From: Eledone cirrhosa
Lineage: Eukaryota
NCBI GenBank assembly: GCA_964016885.1
Contig: OZ024750.1
Span: 24,924,001 to 24,988,000, forward strand
Reading direction: 5' to 3'
DNA length: 64,000 bases
Part shown: piece after piece, positions 1 to 13,240 of the stretch
How the letters are laid out: every line of letters begins with the position of its first letter
Position numbering within the stretch: position 1 is the first letter of the stretch
Notes under the pieces: model-generated
Seen by the model: the letters and a program-made list of their open reading frames with translations, nothing else
What the model was told of the DNA's origin: nothing
Databases searched by the model: none
Position numbers and translations under genes: made by a program

Positions 1-1470
1 GAAGAGTTTAGCGTAAAAGTTGGTGTTCATCAGGGCTCTGTTCTTAGCCCCCTACTATTTATTATTGCCCTTCAGGCTATAACAGTGGAGTTCAAGACCA
101 GCTGCCCATGGGAACTCCTATACGCAGATGATCTAACGTTCATAGCTGAATCAATGGCCGAGCTAGAGAAGAAATTCCAAACATGGAAGCACGGCCTAGA
201 ATCAAAAGGCCTTAAAATTAACCTGGCTAAAACTAAAGTTCTAGTTTGTAAGAAAGAAAATAAGGCGGCGGTCCCCTCCGGGAAGTGGCCATGCTCAGTG
301 TGTAGGAAAGGCGTAGGTAGAAACTCCATTTTGTGTCCCAAATGCAAAGTATGGGTGCATAAAAGATGTAGTGGGATCACAGGTAAGCTAACTAAGAACA
401 TAGATTTTACATGTGGCCGGTGCTCTGGGGCAATAAGTAGCAGCAAGTGCCCACAGAATACTAGCTCTTTCAACTGCGCAGAGGGTTCTATAGAAATAGT
501 GGACAGCTTCTGTTACCTGGGTGACAAAATCAGCAGTGGGGGAGGGTGCTCTGAAAGTACAGTAGCTAGAGTCAGAACTGGATGGAAAAAGTTCAGAGAG
601 CTTATACCGCTATTAGCCGCTAAAGGGTTCTCCCTAAAAATGAAAGGCAGGTTGTATGATGCCTGCATACGAACAGCAATGTTGCATGGCAGTGATACCT
701 GGGCATTGTGTGCAGAGGATATAAGCAGACTAGAGAGAAACGAAGCTTGCATGCTCCGCTGGATGTGTAATAGTAATATACGTGAACGGCAAAGCATAAA
801 CGAACTAAGGAAAAAATTAGAAATAAGAGGGATCAGATGTTGTTTACTCGAGAGAAGGCTACGTTGGTATGATCACGTGATGCGCATGAAGGACGATAGC
901 TGTATAACAAAGTGCAGTGCAATAAAGATAGACGGTAGCCACGGAATAGGCAGACCCAGAAAAACCTGGGACGAGCTGATAAATTCCGGCCTCACACACT
1001 TACACCTCACCAAGACAATGTCACTGGACCGAGACCTTTGGCGGTACTCAGTAATAGAGAAGACTCGCCTTACCTAAGTACAAAGTAAAACCTACTACAG
1101 TCAGTAGGCATCTCTAACAAAATACACCCCCGTCCCACCACCCCCACCCCATCCACACCGCCCCTTTCAATGTAAAGTTATGTTGGTGCCACAACATCCA
1201 GGCCGAAACAAATGAGATCGTGTAGGTGTCACGTCAAAAAAACACACAGTTCACGCTGTAATGTGGCCGTGTAGGCAACACGGTAAAAACCTCCCAGCCC
1301 CACACTGTAAATGTGGTTGGTTTTAGGAAGGGCATCCAGCTGTAGAAAACCCGCCAGATAGTCCTATGCGAGCAAGATAACCACTCTTGCCTCAAGTGGG
1401 AAAACCCCCGTCCAAACCCATGCAAGCGTGGAACACGGACGTTAAACGATGATGATGATGATGATGATGA
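1..1470 (+). mobile_element. RTE-clade LINE, 3' portion with uninterrupted RT frame (1-1077), 3' UTR and (GAT)n tail
   Basis: Frame open from base 1 (GVHQGSVLSP, LLYADD, FCYLG, RRLRWY.HV.RM, GRPRKTW); tail gatgatgat at 1448-1470. Confidence 0.92.
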
Positions 1471-1564
1471 CCACATATTATTTATTTAATAATTACTGCG
1501 GTGTCTAATTAATAATTCCATAAAAGGCAAACATTAATAACAGCATCAGTAAGCTGGGTTTTAC

Positions 1565-1685
1565 CTATGACATCTGTAATCTTATAACGAGCCTCTCCAT
1601 CATCATCTATCAGTTCAGCACGGACAGAATTGGCAGCACTAACTTTCTTGAAATCATCAGGTCGAAGATAGAGATATTTGAAACC
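1565..1685 (-). CDS. ACC: ACC exon, CT domain ([21 protein letters not shown]...YKITDVI)
   Basis: GFKYLYL and YKITD motifs; last exon visible in the window. Confidence 0.95.
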
Positions 1686-2109
1686 CTAAAGACAAATGAT
1701 AAACAGAATCATACAATATAATGTTAAATAAATATTCAACAAATAAAGAGAAAAATATATAAAAGTTAAAAGACTGTGCTATATCTTGTGAAATACAAAT
1801 CAGTTTTTTCACAGAAACTCATTGATTTTCCAAAGTATCATCATCATCATTTCATTTTACGCCCGCTTCTTCCCTGCTTGCAAGGGTGGGATGGGAACTG
1901 ATTCTGGCTTGAATTCTACAGCTGGATGCCCTTCCTAACACCAACCTCATTTACAGTGAGTGCTGGGTGCTTTTTTGCCGTGGCACCTCCACGACCACTT
2001 TGCAGTGGAATGATATGGACCCCAGCCCCTATCATCTCATTTCTACAGCTGAGTAAGCTGGAGCAATGTGAAATAAAGTGTCTTGCTCAAGGAAACAACA
2101 CATCATATT

Positions 2110-2470
2110 TATTCTATTGATCTCCCAATTACATAGTAACAATAATATTTATTTTATTAGGATCAACTTGATCCCCTAATTACATAGTAACAATATTTAC
2201 TTTATTAGGATCAACTTGATCCACCCGATTACATAGTAACAACAATATTTACATTATTAGGATCAACTTGATCCCTTAATTACAAAGTAACGATAATATT
2301 TACTTTACTGGGATCTACTTGATCCACACAACTACAAACCAACAACAACAATATTTACTTTATTAGGATCAACTTGATCCACCCAATTACAAAATAACAA
2401 TATCTATTTTAATAGGATCATCTTGAAACCAACAATAATACTTACTTTATTTGGATCAACTTGATCTATC
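2110..2470. repeat. Approx. 50-bp tandem repeat derived from an ACC exon end and donor site
   Basis: Units tttactttattaggatcaacttgatc match 2441-2466. Confidence 0.85.
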
Positions 2471-2583
2471 CAAGCAACACGGAACAAATGTTTAATCTCT
2501 TCTGCTAAACCAATTCTGGCACCACTGTTTGCTGCCAGATAAATACGAGGTATTTTTAATTTACGAGCTAGTTCTGAAGCACC
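2446..2583 (-). CDS. ACC: ACC exon, CT domain ([34 protein letters not shown]...DPNK)
   Basis: [12 protein letters not shown] motif; gtaagt donor. Confidence 0.96.
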
Positions 2584-3205
2584 CTAAAACAGACAAATTA
2601 AAAGCAAAAATATTTTGATGAAAGCAGAAGAAAAAATAATTTACAGCAATAACCAATGGCCATTATATATTTTAGATCTAAATTTTAACTCAAAATGAAC
2701 CAAATTCTCTAGGATTAATTTCAACAAAAACACAAACTGTTAAAATTAAGAATAAAATATATTTGGTGAATTTTATATTTTAGTACTTTTTTAAATTGTA
2801 TAATTCATTAAATAGTTATTGAAATTATACAATTAACTCTTTAGCATTTAAACCAACCGTATCCAACCAGAATTCTCACACCACCTGTCCAAAGAGGTCG
2901 TAACTGGTTACTCATACTGATGTTAAGGTATTGTTCTCAAAATAAATGATATCAAAGACTAGTAGATTCAATATTATGTGAGATAATTATGTGAGGTAAA
3001 GCCTTTACCGCGAAAATACAAAAGTATATATAGAGTAATTAAATGCTAAAGGGTTAAATTTAAATACAAAAGTATATATAGAGTAATGTAAATGCTAAAG
3101 GGTTAAATGTAAATACAAAAGTATATATAGAGTAATGTAAATGCTAAAGGGTTAAATGTAAATACAAATAATAATAAAAGTATTTGAATGAATATGAAAT
3201 CATAC

Positions 3206-3337
3206 TTTGAATAACAAATCTTCTTGGGGCCCAAAAGATCCAATTTTATGTGTGATATCATTTGCAATGACAATTATATCTCGACCATTTGGAAATTGAG
3301 GTGTTTTCAAAGTCATTTTCCAGGCAACCATGCCAAC
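3206..3337 (-). CDS. ACC: ACC exon, CT domain ([44 protein letters not shown])
   Basis: NDIT..IGSFGP motif. Confidence 0.96.
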
Positions 3338-4102
3338 CTAGGAAAGTAAAAGACAATAATTGTGATAAAACACAAACATACATCATCATCATCACCACCA
3401 TCATCATCCAGTTTTTTTATTTTATTATGCAAGACTCAATCCCTAAGTAGGGATGGATCCTGCCTGACAACGCTCCTTAATGTCCCGCTTCATGTGTTTC
3501 TCTCTGCCAATCTCACTTGGGCCAGGCCAAGCCTAGCTTGATCCCGACAAACATCTCCATCCAAGTCCTTTTTGATCTTCCTGGGCCTCTACAGCCTCCT
3601 GGATCGACATTCATTACTTTGTTGATCCAGCCCTCAATACACTCGACATGGTCGTACCAACACATGTGTCTCGTGCGAAGCACATAAATACACATATACA
3701 CACAAACATAATAACACAAACACACACCCACGCAAAAATTATTTTTTTCTTTACTGTTTCCCATATACTTCTCTATACTAACAAGTGACGGAGGAAGTTT
3801 CGGTAATTTCAATGCTTGCAAATTGTTGGAGCAATTTTTTTTCTCTCTTTTTTTTTTTCTTTTTTTTTCTTCTTTTTTTTAATTAGATGCCAATTCTGTG
3901 ACAAATAATTGTTTCTACTTTTGGCACAAGGCGAGCAATTATCCCAGTGCATTTCTGGTGCTTTATTTTATCAATCCTGTGGGGATGAAAGGCAAAGTTA
4001 ACCTCGGCGGAATTTGAACTCAGAACGTAAAGGGTCATAACTCTATGCTGCAAAGCACGGTGTCTGATGCTCTACCGATACTGCCAATTCAATGCCCTCA
4101 AT

Positions 4103-4930
4103 TCTATGACAAATAATTGTTTCTACTATTGGCACAAGGCCAGCAATTGCCCAGTACATTACTGGTACTTTATTTTATCGACCCCGTAAGGATGAAAGGC
4201 AAAGTTAACCTCGGCGGGATTTGAACTCAGAGGTTAACTTTGTCTATGACAAATAATTGTTTCTACTTTAGGCACAAGGCCAGCAATTACCCAGTACATT
4301 ACTGGTACTTTATTTTATCGACCCCGTAAGGATGAAAGGCAAAGTTAACCTCGGCGGGATTTGAACTCAGAGGTTAACTTTGTCTATGACAAATAATTGT
4401 TTCTACTTTAGGCACAAGGCCAGCAATTACCCAGTACATTACTGGTACTTTATTTTATCGACCCCGTAAGGATGAAAGGCAAAGTTAACCTCGGCGGGAT
4501 TTGAACTCAGAGGTTAACTTTGTCTATGACAAATAATTGTTTCTACTTTAGGCACAAGGCCAGCAATTACCCAGTACATTACTGGTACTTTATTTTATCG
4601 ACCCCGTAAGGATGAAAGGCAAAGTTAACCTTGGCGGGATTTGAACTCAGAGGTTAACTTTGTCTATGACAAATAATTGTTTCTACTTTAGGCACAAGGC
4701 CAGCAATTACCCAGTACATTACTGGTACTTTATTTTATCGACCCCGTAAGGATGAAAGGCAAAGTTAACCTCGGCGGGATTTGAACTCAGAGGTTAACTT
4801 TGTCTATGACAAATAATTGTTTCTACTTTAGGCACAAGGCCAGCAATTACCCAGTACATTACTGGTACTTTATTTTATCGACCCCGTAAGGATGAAAGGC
4901 AAAGTCAACCTTGGCGGGATTTGAACTCAG
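4103..4930 (-). repeat. Tandem array of a 140-bp SINE fragment (about 6 units)
   Basis: tctatgacaaataattgtttctac recurs every 140 bp with almost no differences. Confidence 0.93.
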
Positions 4931-5114
4931 ATCGTAAAGGGACGTAACTATGCTGGAAAGCATGGCGTCCGACCCTCTACCGATACTGCCAATCCACTGA
5001 AGGTAAAATGGTACATTATAAAGATACTTCAATTTTTAAATACGGACACATACAAATATATAAAATAAATTTTTTAAAAATATAAAGAAATCAAATATGA
5101 TCTTGGTAACGTAC

Positions 5115-5261
5115 TTCATTTTGTCCATGTAATCGGTTTTGCATACAAATTTGTCCATGGCTATCCAGCACAAGTTCAATATAAATAAACATATCAGAAA
5201 TGAGAGCAATTTCAGCTTCCCCAATTTGCAATGAAAATTCTTGCCAAAGTTTCATAAGAGC
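5115..5261 (-). CDS. ACC: ACC exon, CT domain (ALMKLWQEF...ELVLDSHGQICMQNRLHGQNE)
   Basis: ELVLD..G....NRL.G.NE pattern; cag/gtacgt boundaries. Confidence 0.9.
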
Positions 5262-5952
5262 CTGTAAACAATAACAATATTACACTGCAATAATGATATC
5301 TTTGTTAGCCATGCAGAGCTCACATTAAGAAAACATTAAGGATAACACAGGATGGTATAGTGTGGGTCTTAGAATGATATTACACAATAATAATTATAGT
5401 TATGAAAGTCATATTTGCAGTTTATAGGAAAAAAAAAGATTAAAAAAACTTGGCAGAGAAAAAAAAACAAAATCAGAACTAATTATTTTTCCTTTGTGTA
5501 TTCATCATCATCATCACCATTTTATGTCCATTTTCCTACACTAGCATGGGTTAGACGAGTTGTCCTGTTGTGGGCAATGTTAGGTCAGGTGACCATGTCT
5601 TGCACATACAGAACTGATTTTGGCTTGGATTCTACAGCTGGATGCCCTTCCTAATGCCAACCTCATTTACAGTGTGGACTGGGTGCTTTTTGTCATGTCA
5701 CCTACATGACCCTTTTACAGTGTGGACTGGGTGCTTTTTGTCACAACACCTACACGGCCACCTACACGACACCTAAAGTCAAAAAAGTTAATATTAAATA
5801 CATCTTATTTCATTATCATTTGGAATGATAAACATGAGCAGCCAATGATATTTGTTTATGTCCCACAGTAGTTCAACTTGCAAAGATTAGTACCTTTCTT
5901 AAAAAGCAAGAGACAGTATTAGAAAGACCATCATAGAACACTGCCATCATAA

Positions 5953-5986
<34 letters not shown>

Positions 5987-6354
5987 TCCCATAACTCCTG
6001 GTGGAGTCATAGGGGCGCTGCATTGACATACAGCATTTGTAGAGCATTTTTTAAAAACCTGGTAGAGCCCATCTCCTCTCCAGGCCTTAATATACCAGAT
6101 TTCTTCAAGAGAAGGATAGAGACAGTGAAAGAGAATGGAAGTTAGAAAGAGATATAAAAGAAGAATCGACTCCAGCATTTAACTGGTACTTGTTTTGTCA
6201 ATTTTGAATAGATAAAAGGCAGTTGACCTCAGATCATAAGAATAACAAGTCTAAAAACAATGAGTAATTTCAAAGAAATATACAGGTAAATATCCTTAAA
6301 AAGAAATTCATATATTAGAGAACAAAGACCTATCAATTAATTCATTATACATAC

Positions 6355-6510
6355 CTGTCGGAACATCTCGGGGAAATCATAAACGTAAGTTGTTCCACTT
6401 GACTGGGCTTGGAACCTCTTCAGCTGTAAATGATCCTTTGTCATATAAGGAGTACTTGTCAAAAGGCCATGGAAGGCTCCCTGTTTTGTGCCATAACCCT
6501 GGAACATTAC
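6355..6510 (-). CDS. ACC: ACC exon, CD/CT boundary ([11 protein letters not shown]...[22 protein letters not shown])
   Basis: [14 protein letters not shown] motif. Confidence 0.96.
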
Positions 6511-6987
6511 CTAAAAAAATAAATCCATAGTTACTGAATACACAAAAAAATATTTAAACTTGCATTTATTTTCTTTTTAATCTTATAAACATTTTAATAA
6601 CATATTTTTCTATGCAGACAAAGTTTAAGTTATTTCAGTCTATATGAACGAGACACGGTCACCTGACCCAACTTGCCTCTAAATGGGACAAACCCGTCTA
6701 ACCCATGCTAGCATGGAAGATGGATGTTAAACGATGATGATGAAGATGTGCTGTTTTTTTTCTATGTGTATTCTGAAATATTTAGATATTCCTAAGACAG
6801 TGGTATGGCCAAATCGTTGGACAGCCAAAGATTTTACCTTGAGGTATTTAAGTTCATCCTTTTATATGCCGAACTGAAATTTGAGACCATTTCCCCTTTC
6901 TTCCTCACTCCATTGACTTAAGAATAAAAATGTAGATGCTTTCATCATCGTTTAACGTCCATTTCCTCCCGCTTGCATGAATTAGAC

Positions 6988-7270
6988 CAGTGTTTCCCAA
7001 CCTATGGCCACATGGCTAAAATGGGCCATGGCAAATTTCAGGTGGGCTACAGAAACTATATAGGAAAAAATTGTAAAAATAAATATTGACAACAAATGGT
7101 TGTTTCATTGGAAATGCAAAATATTTTAGATATTTGTGAAATTGTGTATCTCCCATAAATAGACATAGTTGTATCTTTATTGGATATATTCTATGTAAAA
7201 TGGAAGTAGGGCCACAGAAAAATTCTGGGTTCAAAGTGGGCCATGAGCTAAAAAAGGTTGGGAACCATTG
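6988..7270. mobile_element. hAT/Charlie-like MITE
   Basis: TIRs cagtgtttcccaacct / aggttgggaaccattg; TSD degenerate. Confidence 0.75.
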
Positions 7271-7525
7271 GGTCAAACAACTATGTTGATGCTTTCATGA
7301 TCATCATCGTTTAATGTTCATTTGCTTGTGTGGGTTAAACAGGTTGTCACATTATAAGACAAGTCAGGTCAGGAGATCTCATCCTGCTACTACGGAACCA
7401 CAAAAGCAAGGACACATTTCCCAATACCAGAAACTGTACAAAGTGTACAAAAAAGTAATATTTGCAGAAGAATATTTTATTTAGTTGATATTATAGTGAG
7501 TTACCAAAGACTAAATAGTACTTAC

Positions 7526-7637
7526 CAAACCTGTTTTTGCATCTGTAACTTCTCGGTAAAGAGATATGTCTAAATAATATCCACTCTCATTGGTCACATT
7601 TAATCGAATCGGGAAACTTGAACTGTTAGCATGGAGT
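7526..7637 (-). CDS. ACC: ACC exon ([37 protein letters not shown])
   Basis: [12 protein letters not shown] motif; gtaagt donor. Confidence 0.94.
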
Positions 7638-8367
7638 CTGCAATTCAAAAGTAAATCATCAGGTTTATTAAGAAATAAATTTGATTATAATTAATTAAAA
7701 CACACCTGGTACACTCTGTAAAGTGGTAGTGCTGGTGCCATGAAAAAAATTGCACCTAATACACTCTGTAAAGTGATTTGTGACAGGAAAAACAGAGGGA
7801 GATGACAGCCCAAGAATTAACAGAAGTGCCTCTATTGCATCCAATCAGATGTGGAGATAACCTGCCATTTTATCCTTAATTCCAATGGGTATCCATTAAT
7901 CAGATCCACACAACACATGCCAGGACAGCCCATCATCTCCATCGATATAAAATGAAAGACAGCATGTGACTGTAGTGATCCTGACCAGACATTGCTGCAT
8001 GTTGTTCACGATTGCTCCCTCAGATGTTTTACCGGTGTCCTGGAGGCAGTCCATAATACTACAAATGGTGCCTTGGTCTGACCTAGCAGTCTTGATCTGT
8101 CTTTTAACAATTGTGCATATTTCATACGACAAGAAGAAGTTTATCCTTGTATGTATTGAAATACAATATCAATTATGTGTTATTCTGTAACTTCTACTCC
8201 CTCAATTCAACACTAAATCACAGAAATATATTTTCTTTGACACAAATTTCTAGTTATATCATAGACAGTATTTACAGAACTCTCTTACTAAAAGCCAGAT
8301 GTAACATGTTAGAAATAATTTAGTCTTTATTTATTGATAAAAGAATTTAAAGAAGTTATTTACTTAC

Positions 8368-8459
8368 CGAATCATAAACTTCAGTTCGGAATGCATCACT
8401 CGTAGTTTCCACAATCTGCTACCATAACGCATTACAATATTCCGTACTGTATCTTCTAA
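8368..8459 (-). CDS. ACC: ACC exon ([31 protein letters not shown])
   Basis: [12 protein letters not shown] motif. Confidence 0.95.
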
Positions 8460-8464
8460 CTACA

Positions 8465-8495
<31 letters not shown>

Positions 8496-8566
8496 ACTGT
8501 ATATTTTCACAATAGTGGGGCACACAGGACAAAGACAATGGAAAAAACAATTTAACTATTTCTTAC

Positions 8567-8638
8567 CTTGCCAGGTTCCGACAGAGTCAGGGTTGGTACG
8601 AAGTTTAAGAAGATGTGATTGCAGTCAGTTCTTTTAGA
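8567..8638 (-). CDS. ACC: ACC exon (SKRTDCNHIFLNFVPTLTLSEPGK)
   Basis: RTDCNHIFLNFVPT motif. Confidence 0.95.
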
Positions 8639-8900
8639 CTAAAAGAGATGATAAAATTTGGATAATGAGACATTTCTAGAACTAATTAAATGTAGCATGT
8701 GTGTATGTTTGTGAGTGTGTATATTTGAGTGTGCTTGAGTGTGTTTGTGTGTGTATATGTATGTATATATATATATATATGTGTGTGTGTGTGCGTGTGT
8801 GTGTTTGTGTGTGTATATCTATGTATATATGTGTGTGTGTGCGTGTGTGTGTTTGTGGTATACTGCAATATTGTGTCCAATATATATATATGTAACTTAC

Positions 8901-8990
8901 AAATGGATGTGAGAAAGCAACTTCAAGAGCATCCATAGCTTCAAGTAATGTCCGTTCTCCTTCATTTTGTAAATATTCAAAAGATGCTTC
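8901..8990 (-). CDS. ACC: ACC exon ([30 protein letters not shown])
   Basis: [13 protein letters not shown] motif. Confidence 0.95.
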
Positions 8991-9172
8991 CTGGCAACGA
9001 AAATTTAACAAAAATATATATAAAATTATCTGTATAAAATAACAAAAACAATCTGTGTAAAAATAAATTAAAAAAAAAACAAAACAAGAAAGTCCTAAAC
9101 GGATGAAAGCTGATGAAACTAAACTAAATTTAAACTGAAATCTTTCTTATAAAATAGGGTGAAGAGCCTTAA

Positions 9173-9376
9173 CCCTTTAGCATTTACATTACTCTATATT
9201 TACTATTGTATTTTCATTGAAAAGGCTTTAGCTCACATAATATCGAATCTATGAGATTTTGATATTATTTTGAGAACAATACCTTAATGTCGACATGAGA
9301 GGCCAGTTCCAACCAGTTTGAAGAGAAAGAGGCAAGAAAATTCTGGCCAGATATGGCCGGTTTAAATGCTAAAGGG
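9173..9376. mobile_element. TTAA-flanked MITE (piggyBac-like); related copies near 2837-3053, 16750-16930, 40865-41050, 44954-45135, 45772-45965, 57786-57970, 62557-62973 (tandem pair) and 63606-63803
   Basis: ttaa|ccctttagcattta ... taaatgctaaaggg|ttaa with a shared internal sequence. Confidence 0.85.
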
Positions 9377-9482
9377 TTAAAGATGGAAAAAGAAGTTGCC
9401 ATTGGCTGCAAAGAGGAACTAATATATGAAATCGTTCTATTTTATTGTGAATGATAAAAAGATGAAATGAAATGAAACAAAC

Positions 9483-9560
9483 CTTTGTGACCAAATCTGA
9501 GTGTCGAATAATAGAACGAACAAAGAATCTATAATCGGTAACTTCTTGGCCCTTTGCAAC
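9483..9560 (-). CDS. ACC: ACC exon ([26 protein letters not shown])
   Basis: VTDYRFF..IIRHSDL motif; donor gtttgt. Confidence 0.95.
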
Positions 9561-9659
9561 CTGTCGAAAGTAAAAAAACCAGGATGTAACATTTTACTCA
9601 CAGAACAAACAATTATAAATAATAGAAACATGAAAAGTTTAAATATAAAGATTGTTATA

Positions 9660-10370
9660 TAGAAAATATATAGTATAGTATTACTGTTGAAAATATATAG
9701 TACAGTATAGTATTACTGTTGAAAATATATGGTATAGTGTTACTGTTGAAAATATATAGTATAATATTACTGTTGAAAATATATAGTATAATATTACTGT
9801 TGAAAATATATAGTATAGTATTACTGTTGAAAATATATAGTACAGTATTACTGTTGAAAATATATAGTGTAGTACAGTATTACTGTTGAAAATATATAGT
9901 ATAATATAGTATTACTGTTGAAAATATGTAGTACAGTATTACTGTTGAAAAGATATAGTACAGTACTACTGTTGAAAAGATATAGTGTAGTATTACTGTT
10001 GAAAATATATAGTACAGTACTACTGTTGAAAAGATATAGTGTAGTATTACTGTTGAAAATATATAGTACAGTACTACTGTTGAAAAGATATAGTGTAGTA
10101 TTACTGTTGAAAATATATAGTATAATATAGTATTACTGTTGAAAATATATAGTATAATATAGTATTACTGTTGAAAATATATAGTACAGTATTACTGTTG
10201 AAAATATATAGTACAGTATTACTGTTGAAAATATATAGTACAGTACTACTGTTGAAAAGATATAGTACAGTATTACTGTTGAAAAGATATAGTACAGTAC
10301 TACTGTTGAAAATATATAGTACAGTATTACTGTTGAAAATATATAGTACAGTATTACTGTTGAAAATATG
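9660..10370. repeat. Approx. 27-bp minisatellite (tatagtacagtattactgttgaaaata)
   Basis: Direct inspection. Confidence 0.95.
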
Positions 10371-10725
10371 TACACAAATATATAATTATAAATATATAAT
10401 TAATTAAAAGTTGGTTAGAAGCGAAGTCAATGCAGACAGCCAGATATACAGACAAATATTATAAGCGCGTGACGTTATAGCAATGTATCTATCTAAAAAG
10501 ACAGAGTAAGAAAGAGAGAGGAATGTCGTATTATATATATAGTACCAGTAATGTATTGAAATAATTGCTGGCCTTGTGCCAAAAGTAGAAACAATTATAC
10601 TTCTTTTTTATACAACTGTATATAACATGTTTATGTATGTATATATACATATAAAGGAATGCTGTAATAAAATGTACAAATTAAACTGTCTCTTATTTTT
10701 GATACTAACACTATATATATATACA

Positions 10726-10773
<48 letters not shown>

Positions 10774-11202
10774 TATATATATATATACATATATACACAC
10801 ACACAGATAGCGAGGTCAATGTACAGAATGGTTTTTCATAATGCAGACAGCCAGACATACAGAGACATATTATAAGAGCGCGACATTATAGCTATGTATC
10901 TATCTAAAAAGACAGACTAAGAAAGAGAGGGGAATGTCGTATAACCGGAAGTGTTGACATTTTAAAATTTTAAAGAAGTGAATATTTAAATAAACAATAA
11001 AATATCTTTAATCTTTTAACAACATTTAGTAGGAAAAAGTTACATCTATGGTGCAAATTTGGTGCCGTTTGGTCCAGCCATTTGGCAAAAAGTTTGTTAC
11101 ATACATACAGCCGTCAGCTTTATTAATTTAGATATATATTATAAAGAGTTGTGTTGTTATGTACAATTATCTGTAACGCATTTAGAAATTCAATACACTT
11201 AC

Positions 11203-11340
11203 CTTAGCTTTTCCCAAATAGAGATGCATCTTATGATTTGCTGTAGGAATAGCTTCAAGATCAAAGTTTCTTAATCGATTGATCTCCAATTGGAATGCCA
11301 ATGCAGGTTCAAGATGGCGGTAAATTTTATCCTCTTCAAA
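11203..11340 (-). CDS. ACC: ACC exon ([26 protein letters not shown]...HLYLGKAK)
   Basis: [13 protein letters not shown] motif. Confidence 0.96.
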
Positions 11341-12150
11341 CTAAAGTAAAAAAATAATAATTATTATTATTACCAATAACATTGGGTTTATTATTATAAA
11401 TAACAGGTGTTTATTTTATCAATAACAATGGTTTATTATTACTATGGTTCTGTTGTGAGACGGGTTCGGTGTAGCCAATTGGTCTGGCCCTCTTCATAAC
11501 GGAGCCATCCAGTTCGACACTGTAAACATGGTTGGTGTTAGGAAGGGCATCCAGCTGTAAAATACCCAGTCAAATTTACAGTCCTTGCCGGAACAAGGTG
11601 TGACACATGGCCAACCCTGGCCAGACCTGCTTCCCGGCATGGACGACCCATCTAACCCATGCAAGCGTGAGAAAATTTATGTTAAACGGTGATGATGATG
11701 ATGATGATGTTTATATATAACATTGGGTTTATTTATTTATCATCATCACTGTTTATGTCCTTTTTCTAAGCTGACAGGGGTTGACTTGGTCATCACATTC
11801 TGAGATTGGACAAGTCTCATGACAACATCAAGATCCTGTGTTTCAGTTTAGCATGGTTTCTATAGCTGGACACAAACCACTTTATAACATGTACTGGTGG
11901 TACATTTTATCATGAAACCAGCACTACTACTTTACAATGCAAACTGGATACATTTCACTGTGGTAGTAGGATTGTCATTTCTCCATTAATTAATATAGAT
12001 ATACTGTATTTCATTAGAAATATAATAACAAATGGTTAGATATACCAATAAATAAATAGCGACCCATAAGATTTACATCCATAACTTGATGTTATTAGAA
12101 ATAGAAATCAATTTTTATTATGTAAAGATCAAAATGGACGTAAAACTTAC

Positions 12151-12192
12151 CCCAAAACGAGCTCGGAAAGTGAAAAACTGAGGGAATTCCCG
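12151..12192 (-). CDS. ACC: ACC exon (REFPQFFTFRARFG)
   Basis: REFPxFFTFRAR motif; cag/gtaagt boundaries. Confidence 0.93.
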
Positions 12193-12719
12193 CTGAAATT
12201 GGAGACCATAAATTAAAACATTAAAAATCTCAAATATTTCTGAGATTGTTAATTAGTTTTATCTGAATGTGTGTGAATGTAATATAAATGGTGACAAATA
12301 ACAAAGTAATGAAGTATATGTTAACGAGACTCTAATGAGATGTGAATGTAATATAAATGAAGACAAATAACTAACTAATGAAGTATAAGGTTAATGAGAC
12401 TAACGAGATGTGAATGTAATATAAATAGTGATAACTAATGAAGTAATAAAGTAAAAGTTAATGAGACTCTAATGAGATGTATGTTTGGTTTAATGAAGCT
12501 GCTAACCTTGTCATAGATATGGTTAAATAGCAAAAGATGATTATCTTATTGTATATACATGTATATCCAAGTATACACATGTATGTATCATATATACAGT
12601 ATAAACTGTATATATAGTATATACAGTATACCCAAACAGCATTTAACAATGATAGATAGTATTTTTTACTTGATGAATTAAAAAATAAAAATAAAATAGC
12701 AAAATGTATTTTAACTTAC

Positions 12720-12776
12720 CTTAAATAAAACCAAGAAAGTTATTCTGCGGATTCCTTTCTCACATAAAATTTTCTC
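12720..12776 (-). CDS. ACC: ACC exon (EKILCEKGIRRITFLVLFK)
   Basis: GIRRITF motif; cag/gtaagt boundaries. Confidence 0.92.
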
Positions 12777-13045
12777 CTGAAATTATTAAAAGAAAAACCC
12801 TGAAATTTTTTATTGATTCAACAAAGAAACATATAAGATATATAAACAGAACTGGTCATGTCTAAAATAAATTATTTACCCAGTATAGCTAGGTTTAGAA
12901 TAAAGAGAATAGTTCTTCATAGTATGTAGTCAGGGCTGGAATTTCACCTGATGCAGCCCTAACCTACAACTTAACCGATTTATGCCAAAGTTACCGTCAT
13001 TAATATTCTCATTATTGTACATCTAGTAATGAAAGAACCACCAAC

Positions 13046-13159
13046 CTTTTCCTTGCAGAACTCTTGAAATGTTTTAGCCAAAGTTTCATCATCCAGTTTT
13101 TCAGAATATTTGATAGATACATTTATAATATTAATAGGTTCATCAATATCAGACGTGCT
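13046..13159 (-). CDS. ACC: ACC exon (STSDIDEPINIINVSIK...FQEFCKEK)
   Basis: EPIxIxNV motif; AG/GT boundaries. Confidence 0.88.
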
Positions 13160-13240
13160 CTGTAGAAGATAGAAGTAAATTCATTTGTTGTTATAACATA
13201 TAATTAAATAATGGAAATGTTGAAGCCAAATAAAGTATTA

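Noticed and set aside
8682-8938. Short ORFs rich in YI, CV or HT dipeptides (also near 10576, 17124, 34400-34900, 43218)
   Set aside because: Translations of (TA)n, (TG)n and (CA)n microsatellites.
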